A stretch of 29,166 nt of DNA. Origin: a virus. Its lineage: Duplodnaviria; Caudoviricetes. Of the stretch, positions 9,053 through 17,964 are shown piece after piece. The stretch is from positions 1 to 29,166 of the IMG/VR virus record IMGVR_UViG_3300020227_000120; one strand, 5' to 3'. The notes beneath the pieces were generated by a model. It was not told where the DNA came from and ran no database searches. It saw only the letters and a list, made by a program, of their open reading frames with translations. Made by a program: the position numbers and the translations under genes. The stretch's first letter is position 1; every line of letters begins with the position of its first letter.

Positions 9053-10222
9053 TGTATTCGTGTCTTCAGAACCACCATCAACTTTAGCGATACGGAACGC
9101 ACTATCTAATGTACGTTGTTGGTCATACCAAGCAGTTAAGACGAATAAGTATTCACCTTTTTTAACATCTTTGTCCGTATCAAATGTCGTATTATCATAG
9201 TTAATGCCGAAGTAATTGAAATCACCCACGACTGGGTTAACTGCGCTATCTGTAAACACGACAGGTTTACCAAACACTTTTTCAGCTGGTGTGTCGAAGA
9301 AATTTGTTGTGCCATTTGATAAGATTTTGATAATTTTTACATAATCAATATATCTCATATAGATTGTAGCGTTACTGCGATAATCTTCATGTAAGTCAGC
9401 AATTGCATTAACAATAGCTTCGTATATATCTTCACCAGGCACTTCTTTCACGCCCGTATTATAGAATGACATGTGTTCGATACTATTTTTAGGACTTAGG
9501 GCAAAGGCATCTTTACGTTCTTTGTCAGCTAATCCTGAACGTAACGCATTTTCTACCCAATTAACTAAATCGATATCTGAGCCATGAATAACGGTATCTG
9601 AAACAGCAGCAAAGACTTTAAATTTATGTGGGCTAAATTTCACTGTATCGCCTTTTAACGCCATTTCTTTGGCAGTTTCTTCATCTGTAATAAATTCATC
9701 ATCATCTAACGTATATGAAATACGTGGGATTTCTAATCCTTTAATGTTAGTTAAACGTGCTTTTTCACGTAATTGGTTACGCGCAAATGGTTCAGAGACT
9801 AATTCATTAGACAATGTCGTTGGTAAGAATTTGTCTCCACCTGTATCATTACCTGTCGGTAAAGCATGTAATAAACGTTGTGCTTCTTGAGATGGTTTTT
9901 CAAAGTCATTTGGTAATAAAGCATGACGATAAAACTCAGCTTTTGCTTTAACTTTTTTATCATCTTCACTTAAGGTTTGATAAACTGAAGTTTTTTCCAT
10001 ATCTTTTTGTGCTTTTTCTGACTGTTTTTGTTGCACCTCATCTTTACGTTTCTCAAGAATATCGTATCTTTGTTGTAGAATACCTACGTCTTTTTCTAAT
10101 TGTTTGATATGTTCAAACTCCACATTTGGGTCACCAGCTTTTTGAGATAACTCGTTATTTTTATTTTTTAATTGTTCTCCTACTTCTCCTAGAGATTGTT
10201 TTAACTCGTATAATGTAGACAT
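9047..10222 (-). CDS. Major capsid protein, HK97 fold with N-terminal delta (scaffold) domain
   Basis: 391 aa; coiled-coil N-terminus; GGDKFLP motif; follows the protease; resembles phi12/phiSLT-type capsids. Confidence 0.95.
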   Translation of the reverse strand: MSTLYELKQSLGEVGEQLKNKNNELSQKAGDPNVEFEHIKQLEKDVGILQQRYDILEKRKDEVQQKQSEKAQKDMEKTSVYQTLSEDDKKVKAKAEFYRHALLPNDFEKPSQEAQRLLHALPTGNDTGGDKFLPTTLSNELVSEPFARNQLREKARLTNIKGLEIPRISYTLDDDEFITDEETAKEMALKGDTVKFSPHKFKVFAAVSDTVIHGSDIDLVNWVENALRSGLADKERKDAFALSPKNSIEHMSFYNTGVKEVPGEDIYEAIVNAIADLHEDYRSNATIYMRYIDYVKIIKILSNGTTNFFDTPAEKVFGKPVVFTDSAVNPVVGDFNYFGINYDNTTFDTDKDVKKGEYLFVLTAWYDQQRTLDSAFRIAKVDGGSEDTNTP

Positions 10223-10237
10223 AAATATGTCTCCTTT

Positions 10238-11008
10238 CTATTTATAAAGTAATTTTAAATTTTCTGCATTTTGTTTTATTATTTCTCTTGATTCTTTTTC
10301 CACTTGTGTCATCGTTTCTCGAGGTGTTTCAACCGTATTATCTGCCTGAATATCTGAAACAGTTGTAATTTTATCAACATCTTTTTCAATGTTTTCAGGC
10401 ACGTGTTTAAACATTTGATAACTATCTTTTGAAATACTGGCAGCTATTTCACTTGCGCCTAATATTTCATCTGCTAGTCCTTTTTCTAATGCTTCATCTG
10501 CCGTTAACCAAGTTTCAGCTTCAAGCAATTGTTTAAGTTCTTCTTCAGATAAGTTCGTCGCTTTATCTAAATAAGCGTTATTACTTGATTGGTCTGTTTT
10601 ATCTAATAAATCTGCCGTTTGTCGTAAGTCTTTCGAATTACCTAAGGTCATAATCCAAGAGTTATGAATCATCATAAAGCTATTTTTGTGCATAAAAATA
10701 GTGTCACCGCTCATTGCGATAACACTTGCGATGGATGCCGCTAAGGCATCGACATAAATATTCACTTTGGCTTTATGCATTTTTAACATGTTGTATATCG
10801 CATGACCTTCAAAAACATTACCACCTGCTGAATTGATATGCACATCTATCTCAGATACATCACCAAGTTGATTGAGTTCGTTTTTAAAATCGACAGCGGT
10901 TACATCTGTTTCATCCCATTTACTTGAAACAATATCACCATAAATATAAATTTCACCTTTATTCTGGGTCTTTTTGTTCATCTGAAAGTAAGTTTTTGTC
11001 TTGTTCAT
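10238..11008 (-). CDS. Prohead maturation protease, ClpP (S14) family
   Basis: HINSAGGNVFEG, ALAASIASVIAMSG, MMIHN and ETWLTADEA motifs. Start revised to ATG 11008 (AAGGGGGTGA RBS). Confidence 0.95.
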   Translation of the reverse strand: MNKTKTYFQMNKKTQNKGEIYIYGDIVSSKWDETDVTAVDFKNELNQLGDVSEIDVHINSAGGNVFEGHAIYNMLKMHKAKVNIYVDALAASIASVIAMSGDTIFMHKNSFMMIHNSWIMTLGNSKDLRQTADLLDKTDQSSNNAYLDKATNLSEEELKQLLEAETWLTADEALEKGLADEILGASEIAASISKDSYQMFKHVPENIEKDVDKITTVSDIQADNTVETPRETMTQVEKESREIIKQNAENLKLLYK

Positions 11009-12230
11009 GATTATCACCCCCTTTCGATGTGTGTCTTTGTTCTGGTGGTGTATCAATTGGATATAAGTCACCACTGATTAACGGAACATCGCCACCTTCA
11101 ACAGGTGGTAAATCTTCCCATGACCTAATATCGTTAACCGTATAATAGCCACTACGTACAGCTTTAAAATAAACCTCAGCTTGTGTTTTACTATCTGCAC
11201 GCAAGAACGATTTAACGTTAAATTTGAAGTAGTAACCCATTGTTCGGCGATATTTAGTTAATAATTTTCGATTAAATTCTTCCTCATACTGCTTAATGAT
11301 AGGTAGTAACGTGTGTTGTAAATAATAACGGTCGAGTTCTTCATTTGATTTAAAGGTCATCGCATTATTCGCATTTAAAAATACCGATGGTATCTGAAAT
11401 ACATTCGCAATACGTTCCCTGGTCAAATTTTCAGTAGCTACAATATCTTCAGATACATAATTTTTATTTAATGGATCAATTTCAACCCCGGGTTCTTGGA
11501 ATAAAACCCCGCCATTTTCTTTATAAAACTCTTTAAAATTATCAACAGCTTCTTTTCTTTTCTCAGGTGAAACATTAGTTCCATATTTAAGTACAAATGA
11601 TTCAGGTTTCTCCATCTCTTTTAGATTGAAATTTCGAATAGCATTATCAAAATCAGTTGTATTCTTTAATACATCAACAGGACTAATGCCCTGAACCATA
11701 TTAGAACCCACAATATGTTTGAAATGCATCATATCTGTATTGTGAATGATTAATTTATTATCTGTAGCTGCGTGGATACTGTAATAAACATCTTTTGAGG
11801 TATTTTCAATTAGTATTTCAACGACATCTGGATTAATTAAATATAATTTATTGGGTTGATGATAAATATCACGTTCGATTAATACATAAGCATTCCCTTT
11901 TTCATTTCGACATGTTTCAATTTGATTAATGAAATCAAAACTACTAATTGAGCCATTCGGCGTATCTGTAATGAGTAAAGAAATATCATTGGTTACTGAT
12001 TCATAATTTTTATAAAGCTTGATAGGAATACTAGCCATTGAATTAGATAATTTAGTAATAGCCGCAAATATCGTTTCATTGGTTTCTAAAGTGTTATTAA
12101 TAACACCCCAAAAGTTTTTATTACGCCAAGGCGAAAAGTCGTAAAGCTTTTGCCTGCTTTGGTCTACCCAATTATCTATCAATTTTTGTTTCATCTTACT
12201 GAGTAAATTTTGTTTAGCGATTGCCTTCAC
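10959..12230 (-). CDS. Portal protein, HK97 family
   Basis: GNAYVLIER, HFK...GISP and YTVNDIRSWEDLPPVEGGD motifs; between TerL and the protease. Start is uncertain (see findings). Confidence 0.95.
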   Translation of the reverse strand: MKAIAKQNLLSKMKQKLIDNWVDQSRQKLYDFSPWRNKNFWGVINNTLETNETIFAAITKLSNSMASIPIKLYKNYESVTNDISLLITDTPNGSISSFDFINQIETCRNEKGNAYVLIERDIYHQPNKLYLINPDVVEILIENTSKDVYYSIHAATDNKLIIHNTDMMHFKHIVGSNMVQGISPVDVLKNTTDFDNAIRNFNLKEMEKPESFVLKYGTNVSPEKRKEAVDNFKEFYKENGGVLFQEPGVEIDPLNKNYVSEDIVATENLTRERIANVFQIPSVFLNANNAMTFKSNEELDRYYLQHTLLPIIKQYEEEFNRKLLTKYRRTMGYYFKFNVKSFLRADSKTQAEVYFKAVRSGYYTVNDIRSWEDLPPVEGGDVPLISGDLYPIDTPPEQRHTSKGGDNHEQDKNLLSDEQKDPE

Positions 12231-12233
12231 CTC

Positions 12234-13928
12234 CTAACTCAGTAATTCTTTCATACTAATAAACTCAATATTGCCATTACCTGTGTCTGTAACCACTTTA
12301 TTCATAATGTCAGTGTAAGTATTTAATAACGCTGCAAAACCATCAATTTTACGATAGCGATTTTGTTTCGTTGGTAACCAATTATCATTACGATCTTTAG
12401 TTAATTGAACATTATTGATATACCAACGCATCATTGGGTTATTATTAAAAATAACTTTGCCATCTAAAAACAACTCATTTAGGTCTTTTAAAGCTGGACT
12501 TAAAGTAATCGCGCCTTGTCTTGTTTCTTCTGTTTCAAAACCATAGTTTTTTAATTCTTGATTGAGTTTAAAAGCATTCGCACGGTCATACGTTATCTTT
12601 TCAACAGGATAATATTGATTCATTTCTGTAATCCAATCATAAACTTGTTGGTAATCAACGTATTGTCCAGGTGTTATTGTTAAGTAACCTTCCTCTTGCC
12701 ATTCTCTAAAGGGTATTTTTTCATTAGCGTATTTAACGCGCTCTTCTGGTACCCATGAATGTGAAATAACCGCAATATTACCATCATCTAAGGCAAAAGT
12801 AGCGCAAGCCGCAGTGAAATCTTGTGTTTCAGATAAATCATAACCAATCGTACAAGGTTTCCCTTTGAGTTCTTCTAAATCAATGACTTTATTATTTTTC
12901 TTAAGTGTTTCATAGTCTAAGAAACTCATTTCATCATCGTTCGCAAATATATTAAAGCGTTTCGTTATAAAATCCCCACGTTCCGCTGGAACGCGCTTCG
13001 CTTTTTCCCAATCCTCTTTCATCGTTTCTAAATCAATCGATACACCCAAATTGGGATTTGCTTTCGCCCAATTTTCTGGATTATCTAAATCATCTTCTTT
13101 ATCTAAAGAAGCTAAGAAATAAAAAGTACGTTCATCTTCAACCACACCATTTAAAGTATCTTCACCAGCGCCAACCATATCAACTAAAGGACCATCTAAC
13201 TGATAACCCGCAGTTGTAATATAAACTAGTAAAGGCTGCTTTCTTGATTGTCGAGAGTTTTTTATAACAGAAATCAATTTATAATCTTTGTATTCATGGA
13301 TTTCATCAAACACACCAATATGTGTATTTAAACCATCTAACTTCTCACTATCTGCTGCTTGGGGTTCGATTTTCGAATTTGTTTTATCGTAATATATGGC
13401 ATCTCTTCTTGGTCTGAAATTTTTATTTAATTTAGGTGAAGCTTTTATCATCTTGGTTGATTCATCAAATAATAATCGAGCTTGTTTCATACCATTAGCT
13501 AGTAGAACAACATCTGCCCCGGGTTCGCCATCTTCTGAAGCACCATAAGTTGTTAAACCTGATATCAAAGTCGTTTTACCATTTTTACGCCCAACAAAAA
13601 CGACGCCTTCTTTAAAGCGTCGTAAACGTGTTTCTTTATCTACCCAACCAAACAAAGAACCAATAATAAAATGTTGCCATGGTTGTAATATGAGTTGTCC
13701 GTATTCGCCTTTCGAAGGTTTACAGAACTTTTCGATAAATCTTATTGGTTTATGTCCTTTTTCTTCATCAAATTCCCACCGATGATTATCATTTTTGAGG
13801 TAATTTAAATGCCTTTGGCATTCTTTTCTAACGTATTCATTCGCCGTAATATTACCTCTAACGACTTGTTGCGCATACCATGTGGTGAGCAATTTAGGTG
13901 AAGGTTTATTCAATACTTTAATAGTCAC
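12234..13928 (-). CDS. terL: Terminase large subunit
   Basis: LQPWQ, Walker A GRKNGKT, Walker B FDEIH, ITTAG, GYDLS and KIDG motifs. The GTG at 13928 behind GAGGAGG is the likely start. Confidence 0.97.
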   Translation of the reverse strand: MTIKVLNKPSPKLLTTWYAQQVVRGNITANEYVRKECQRHLNYLKNDNHRWEFDEEKGHKPIRFIEKFCKPSKGEYGQLILQPWQHFIIGSLFGWVDKETRLRRFKEGVVFVGRKNGKTTLISGLTTYGASEDGEPGADVVLLANGMKQARLLFDESTKMIKASPKLNKNFRPRRDAIYYDKTNSKIEPQAADSEKLDGLNTHIGVFDEIHEYKDYKLISVIKNSRQSRKQPLLVYITTAGYQLDGPLVDMVGAGEDTLNGVVEDERTFYFLASLDKEDDLDNPENWAKANPNLGVSIDLETMKEDWEKAKRVPAERGDFITKRFNIFANDDEMSFLDYETLKKNNKVIDLEELKGKPCTIGYDLSETQDFTAACATFALDDGNIAVISHSWVPEERVKYANEKIPFREWQEEGYLTITPGQYVDYQQVYDWITEMNQYYPVEKITYDRANAFKLNQELKNYGFETEETRQGAITLSPALKDLNELFLDGKVIFNNNPMMRWYINNVQLTKDRNDNWLPTKQNRYRKIDGFAALLNTYTDIMNKVVTDTGNGNIEFISMKELLS

Positions 13929-14226
13929 CAAAACCGTCCTCCTCTGATTCAACAATTTTTTCTCTTTGTGCTGCGGTTAATCCTAATGACTTTAATAAAT
14001 TATTTAGCGTTTGAACCGTTTTCGTTAATTCAATACTTAATGGGTTTTTAACTAAATTCGTAGCGCCTGCTTTATTCGTATGTTCATACATAAGCTGAGA
14101 CTCTTCGAGTTCATCTCTTAATCGACAATAAAATTTATAAGTCTCTAAATAGAGATCTATTAAGATATCATCTGAAGTTTGATAACCATCGATATAACTG
14201 ACTAATTGCTTTTTTGTTAATTCCAA
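13918..14226 (-). CDS. terS: Terminase small subunit, P27 family
   Basis: KNP...LGLTAAQR motif; TTG start with a GGGGGG RBS; directly upstream of terL. Confidence 0.92.
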   Translation of the reverse strand: MELTKKQLVSYIDGYQTSDDILIDLYLETYKFYCRLRDELEESQLMYEHTNKAGATNLVKNPLSIELTKTVQTLNNLLKSLGLTAAQREKIVESEEDGFGDY

Positions 14227-14254
14227 CCTTTACCCCCCTTTCATGAAAAAATCG

Positions 14255-14325
14255 TTTGTGTTGCGAACGCTTCAACTGTCCGCGGTCTCTTTATTTCTTT
14301 TTCTCAAAACAAAAACCAGGGGGCA
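14255..14325 (-). other. Candidate cos packaging region (putative cohesive end near 14275-14284, CGCGGACAGT on the - strand)
   Basis: GC-rich patch between HNH and terS, after a CCCCC tract. This is the usual cos position in HNH-TerS(P27)-TerL phages. The exact ends are inferred only. Confidence 0.45.
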
Positions 14326-15048
14326 TCAAAGTTTTATCGTTCGCACTTTTCTTTCTACATTTTCTGTTGTAAAAACTTCCTCTTCATCTTTCGCATGAAT
14401 TCTATTGTGACACTTCGAACAAACACACATGAGATTATCTAAATCTAGAGCTTTTTGAAAATCACTTTTAACATAAATGATATGATGAACTAACTCAGCA
14501 TCTGTATATTTATGTTTCCTTAAACACATTTGACACAAATGATTGTCTCTTTCTAATGCCATGTGTCTCAATGTATGCCAGTCTTTAGACTTGTATAACC
14601 TCTTGGTTTCCTTTGTTAGCTCATCACTATCTATTAATCCTTTGTTGTATATATACTTGCCATACCATTCATGTATCACTTGCATAACGTGTTGCTTATT
14701 GTGTCTACCACTAACGCTTAACCTTCGCTTACACGCTTCTAGAGATGTATCCATTTGTTTGTACTGTGTATTAAAGTGTGTCTCCACCTTGTCTTGTAGC
14801 ATGTAAGATAAGTAAGTCGTAATAAGGTAAAGTGTACCCTCTGTTATTTGTTTAGCGTGGTCTATCATCTTGTTTCTTATGTCCATGACTAACTTATGTG
14901 CACTATCATTATGTTGTTGATACTGACTATTCGTTATTGCTTGCGTTAATGCATCATAATCGAATACTAAATCGGTATCCTGCATAACTTCATTAACGTA
15001 TGTCGTCTTACCACTCATTGGTGCACCGTACACAACTACTATCCTCAT
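14326..15048 (-). CDS. P-loop kinase/AAA-like domain fused to a terminase-associated HNH endonuclease
   Basis: N-terminal VVVYGAPMSGKTT Walker A; C-terminal LERDNHLCQMC...VHH...NLMCVCSKCHNRIH. Confidence 0.88.
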   Translation of the reverse strand: MRIVVVYGAPMSGKTTYVNEVMQDTDLVFDYDALTQAITNSQYQQHNDSAHKLVMDIRNKMIDHAKQITEGTLYLITTYLSYMLQDKVETHFNTQYKQMDTSLEACKRRLSVSGRHNKQHVMQVIHEWYGKYIYNKGLIDSDELTKETKRLYKSKDWHTLRHMALERDNHLCQMCLRKHKYTDAELVHHIIYVKSDFQKALDLDNLMCVCSKCHNRIHAKDEEEVFTTENVERKVRTIKL

Positions 15049-15082
15049 ACTTATTCACTCCCTTACTATTAATCTCTACAAC

Positions 15083-15116
15083 AAAAAGAGACACACCCGC
15101 GGAATGGATGTGTCTC
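15083..15116 (-). terminator. Terminator-like hairpin in the late leader
   Basis: GAGACACATCC-ATTCCGC-GGGTGTGTCTC followed by TTTTT on the - strand. Confidence 0.6.
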
Positions 15117-15173
15117 GATATAATATAGTATTGTTTAGTTATAATAAATCACTGGAACTTAGCGTATATTGAT

Positions 15174-15240
15174 ATTATATATCATGATTCAGTGTAATAC
15201 ATAATTACCTGCAAAGCCTGCAATCTCTGCATTTTCTGCA
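15174..15240 (-). promoter_or_regulatory. Putative late promoter with four activator-binding direct repeats
   Basis: CTGCA at 15209, 15218, 15227 and 15236 (9-bp period) immediately after the activator's stop codon; TATAAT on the - strand at 15174-15179. Confidence 0.65.
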
Positions 15241-15242
15241 TA

Positions 15243-15641
15243 CTATAATTGTGCTTCCATATAAACTTTAACTATCTGTTTAATACGGTTATATATATTA
15301 CGTTCGCTAATATCTAATAGCCTTTCAATCGTACTTACCTTTTCCCCTCTCTTTAATAACTGAAGCAAATGGTAATTCTTAGGATTACTAACCTTATGTT
15401 CATGCTCATCCACAAAAGAAGTTTCTGATATCAATTTCTTAAGTTGCCTATTGTTCTTGTCATTCATCATTACTCTAATCAAAACCTTATCTCCAGTTCC
15501 TCCTTGTGCTTTAGGCATAACAGATTCAATACCATATTGTGCAGTAGATGTACTATCATACTCATACACTTGGTCTTCAATTAGATTAGTTCTCCAATAG
15601 TACCCTGTAATTAATTCTCTTACCTCTGATTCACTATACAT
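15243..15641 (-). CDS. Late transcriptional activator (RinA/Ltr-like)
   Basis: 132 aa; AQYGIESVMPKAQG motif; C-terminal sigma4-like HTH; last gene before the packaging module. Confidence 0.8.
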   Translation of the reverse strand: MYSESEVRELITGYYWRTNLIEDQVYEYDSTSTAQYGIESVMPKAQGGTGDKVLIRVMMNDKNNRQLKKLISETSFVDEHEHKVSNPKNYHLLQLLKRGEKVSTIERLLDISERNIYNRIKQIVKVYMEAQL

Positions 15642-15699
15642 CCAATTCCTCCATTTGCTATCTATTCAGGTTATTGTGTACATCTGATTCATCTACATA

Positions 15700-15948
15700 T
15701 TATTCATGAGTATGTATGTTATCAGTGTTATACTTTTTCATTTGTGATCTCTCTCGTAATGACTTACTTAATTTTTTAGGTTCTTTATATGTCTTACTAT
15801 TAAGCTCTCTCTTAATCTCTTGTTGTAGTAATATATTTTGTTTAGATAGGTTAAATATCTTCTCGTTCTTTCTGTCATTCAATACAATTAAACTAATAAT
15901 TAACGCTATGATTACTATACTGAATACAAAGGTTAGAATTACCCACAT
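15700..15948 (-). CDS. Small membrane-anchored phage protein (DUF1514-like)
   Basis: GGAGG RBS before ATG 15948; MWVILTFVFSIVIIALIISLIVL transmembrane segment; sits between rinB and the late activator. Confidence 0.65.
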   Translation of the reverse strand: MWVILTFVFSIVIIALIISLIVLNDRKNEKIFNLSKQNILLQQEIKRELNSKTYKEPKKLSKSLRERSQMKKYNTDNIHTHE

Positions 15949-15961
15949 ATTATTATCCTCC

Positions 15962-16108
15962 TTAATATTTCTTCCATGCATCTACTTCATCGTAACCAGG
16001 TTGTACTACGATATCGTTTGCCTGTTTTCTTACAACGAGTTCATATGTGATTGCTTTACTTAGTTCGTATAGCGCTAAGATTAATAATGTTTTAAATATA
16101 CGTTTCAT
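15962..16108 (-). CDS. rinB: RinB family transcriptional activator
   Basis: MKRIFKTLLILALYELSKAIT...QAND resembles staphylococcal RinB; AAAGGA RBS before ATG 16108. Confidence 0.75.
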   Translation of the reverse strand: MKRIFKTLLILALYELSKAITYELVVRKQANDIVVQPGYDEVDAWKKY

Positions 16109-16137
16109 TAACTCACTGTCCTTTCTTATATATGCAT

Positions 16138-16320
16138 TTAATCTGTATCCCATCTTGTAACCATACGTAATTCAAGTTCTTCTTTACTCTTAATTATTTC
16201 CTCAGCCTCTTCCTTACTATCTGCCTCAACCAAAGTAAACGTTTCGTTTTCTCGTGCTTGTGTAACGTGAGTGAAAGTGTGACCAGTTGAATCTGTTAGT
16301 GTGCGTATTAGGTATTGAAT
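16138..16320 (-). CDS. DUF1381-like phage protein, apparent ATT start
   Basis: Missed by the ORF track: IQYLIRTLTDSTGHTFTHVTQARENETFTLVEADSKEEAEEII...D*. There is no in-frame ATG/GTG/TTG between the upstream stop and the conserved N-terminus. Confidence 0.7.
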   Translation of the reverse strand: MQYLIRTLTDSTGHTFTHVTQARENETFTLVEADSKEEAEEIIKSKEELELRMVTRWDTD

Positions 16321-16366
16321 GGTATCACCGTCCTTATAACAAATTTGTTATATTATTTAATTAATA

Positions 16367-16395
16367 TTTACGAAAATACATTTATTTGATATTGT
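16367..16395 (+). promoter_or_regulatory. Putative sigmaA promoter for the moron gene
   Basis: TTTACG-17 nt-TATTGT with a TGn extended -10. Confidence 0.45.
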
Positions 16396-16426
16396 TCTTA
16401 TTAATAACTAACAAGGAGACATTTAT

Positions 16427-16762
16427 ATGAACAATCAATCAACACAATCAGAAAAAATACTAGCTGCATTATCATATTTTAGTGTGTTTTTTGCGCCAAT
16501 CCTATTCCCTATTATTGTATGGATCTTAGCCAACAAACCTGTTTCTACTCACGCTAAAAAGTCTTTAGCTTATCACATCTTGCCTTATATCCTAATTTTT
16601 GTAGGTGTAGGTTTAATTGGTTTAAGTGAATCTAATTCTAACAACGCATTAGGAATCACTTTAATTGTTATTGCTGTAATTGCCTTTATAGGCGCAGTTT
16701 ATTACGTAATATATAATTTATACTGTGGTATCAAAGTTTTATTGAAAGATAATTTATATTAA
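16427..16762 (+). CDS. DUF4870-like 3-TM membrane protein (moron, opposite strand)
   Basis: AAGGAG RBS; EKILAALSYFSVFFAPILFPIIVWI...HAKKSLAYHI pattern; three hydrophobic segments. Confidence 0.85.
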   Translation: MNNQSTQSEKILAALSYFSVFFAPILFPIIVWILANKPVSTHAKKSLAYHILPYILIFVGVGLIGLSESNSNNALGITLIVIAVIAFIGAVYYVIYNLYCGIKVLLKDNLY

Positions 16763-16764
16763 AT

Positions 16765-16787
16765 AGTCCCTTTTTTGGGGCTTTTTT
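16765..16787 (+). terminator. Terminator after the moron gene
   Basis: AGTCCC-TTTTTT-GGGGCT followed by a T tract. Confidence 0.65.
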
Positions 16788-16828
16788 ATTTCCTCAACAC
16801 TTCCTTAACCCTCTGTACTATGTCTTTC

Positions 16829-16927
16829 TTACAAGTCTGATTCTTTGATGAACGTTCCATTGATTGTCTTTCCTTTTCTTCCTTTGATTTCGTCATACGC
16901 GTACTGTAAACACTCCTCTAATGTCAT
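16829..16927 (-). pseudogene. C-terminal remnant of a MazG-like nucleotide pyrophosphohydrolase
   Basis: MTLEECLQYAYDEIKGRKGKTINGTFIKESDL* matches my recollection of the C-terminus of phage MazG-like proteins; the N-terminal part is absent. Confidence 0.7.
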
Positions 16928-16970
16928 ACACAATAACGTAATCATCTAAATTTAAGTCTCTTATCTTCAT
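16893..16970 (-). pseudogene. Truncated N-terminus of a phage early gene
   Basis: Good RBS and a TAATG-coupled start; MKIRDLNLDDYVIVYD then runs out of frame into the MazG remnant and stops after 25 aa. Confidence 0.55.
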
Positions 16971-17341
16971 TAACTCCACCCCTTAAACATTTGATTCAAA
17001 GTTATGTCAAACCAGTATGGGTCTCTACACTTCGCATCCTCAATCATCTTCAATCGTTTCTGTTCCTTACGTTGTTTAGCTTCTATTCTTGCTAGTCTGC
17101 GTTCTTCTCGTTCTCTGTCTTTAACAGCTAAACGTTGTAATCCTTTTGCACGGTCGTATTTCTCAATATATTTCTTAAAATTTTCAGGCCCTTGTTTAAT
17201 ATGTTTTCTAATAGTTGTATGAGCCATACCTAAGTCTTTAGCTAGTTGATAATCTTCTACTTGTATTAAGTTTTCATTATTCCCAAACTTAAGTACAAAA
17301 CACACTTCTCCATGTTTATCTTTCGTACGTTTTAACGCCAT
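16970..17341 (-). CDS. PVL ORF50-like / SA1788-family phage protein
   Basis: GGAGG RBS; charged helix; C-terminal RDPYWFDITLNQMFKGW. Confidence 0.65.
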   Translation of the reverse strand: MALKRTKDKHGEVCFVLKFGNNENLIQVEDYQLAKDLGMAHTTIRKHIKQGPENFKKYIEKYDRAKGLQRLAVKDREREERRLARIEAKQRKEQKRLKMIEDAKCRDPYWFDITLNQMFKGWS

Positions 17342-17353
17342 TTATTTATCCTC

Positions 17354-17551
17354 CTAATATCCTCTGTCTGTAATCCTAACTTCATCTATATCTTTAAATA
17401 ATTCCGAACTTGTATACTCATCTAAGTTTGTGAACATATGATTCGCCATTCTAAGTTCTATATCTTCATTTTCTTCATCTACAATTGCAGGAAATGTATA
17501 CTGCCTTTCATATTCTATTGTGTACTTAATCTTGAATGTTTCTTCACTCAT
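17354..17551 (-). CDS. Hypothetical phage protein
   Basis: 65 aa; overlaps the rusA stop; GGAG RBS. Confidence 0.7.
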   Translation of the reverse strand: MSEETFKIKYTIEYERQYTFPAIVDEENEDIELRMANHMFTNLDEYTSSELFKDIDEVRITDRGY

Positions 17552-17954
17552 TTAAATCACTCCAATACTCTAACTCCATAATCACTTTTGGAGTTTCTGC
17601 ATACTTCTTAAAACTTCTTATCTCTACTATTTGATTATCGTCTTGCCATATACGACCATTTGCAGCGTCTAATACAGTTTTAATTAGATTATCTATATCT
17701 GGTTTGGTTCTCTTGTATTGACCTACCATCGCTACATGTTTCTTTTTACTCCATGACTTAAGCAATGGAAAATGAAACTCAATTGTTAATCGGATTGGTT
17801 TATCTATCATCATGTAAGGCATCTGTTGTCTTAACATTCTCTTATGGTTTGTATACTTAGCAGGCATATAAGTTTGAACGTATGTGCCTACATTTCTAAA
17901 CCTTGGCCTAGGTGATGCCATAGGTGCATCTACTATTAGCTCTATACGTTTCAT
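17544..17954 (-). CDS. rusA: RusA Holliday junction resolvase
   Basis: PRPRF and KPDIDNLIKTVLDAANGRIWQDDNQIV signature. Confidence 0.95.
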   Translation of the reverse strand: MKRIELIVDAPMASPRPRFRNVGTYVQTYMPAKYTNHKRMLRQQMPYMMIDKPIRLTIEFHFPLLKSWSKKKHVAMVGQYKRTKPDIDNLIKTVLDAANGRIWQDDNQIVEIRSFKKYAETPKVIMELEYWSDLNE

Positions 17955-17964
17955 TTATTCACTC

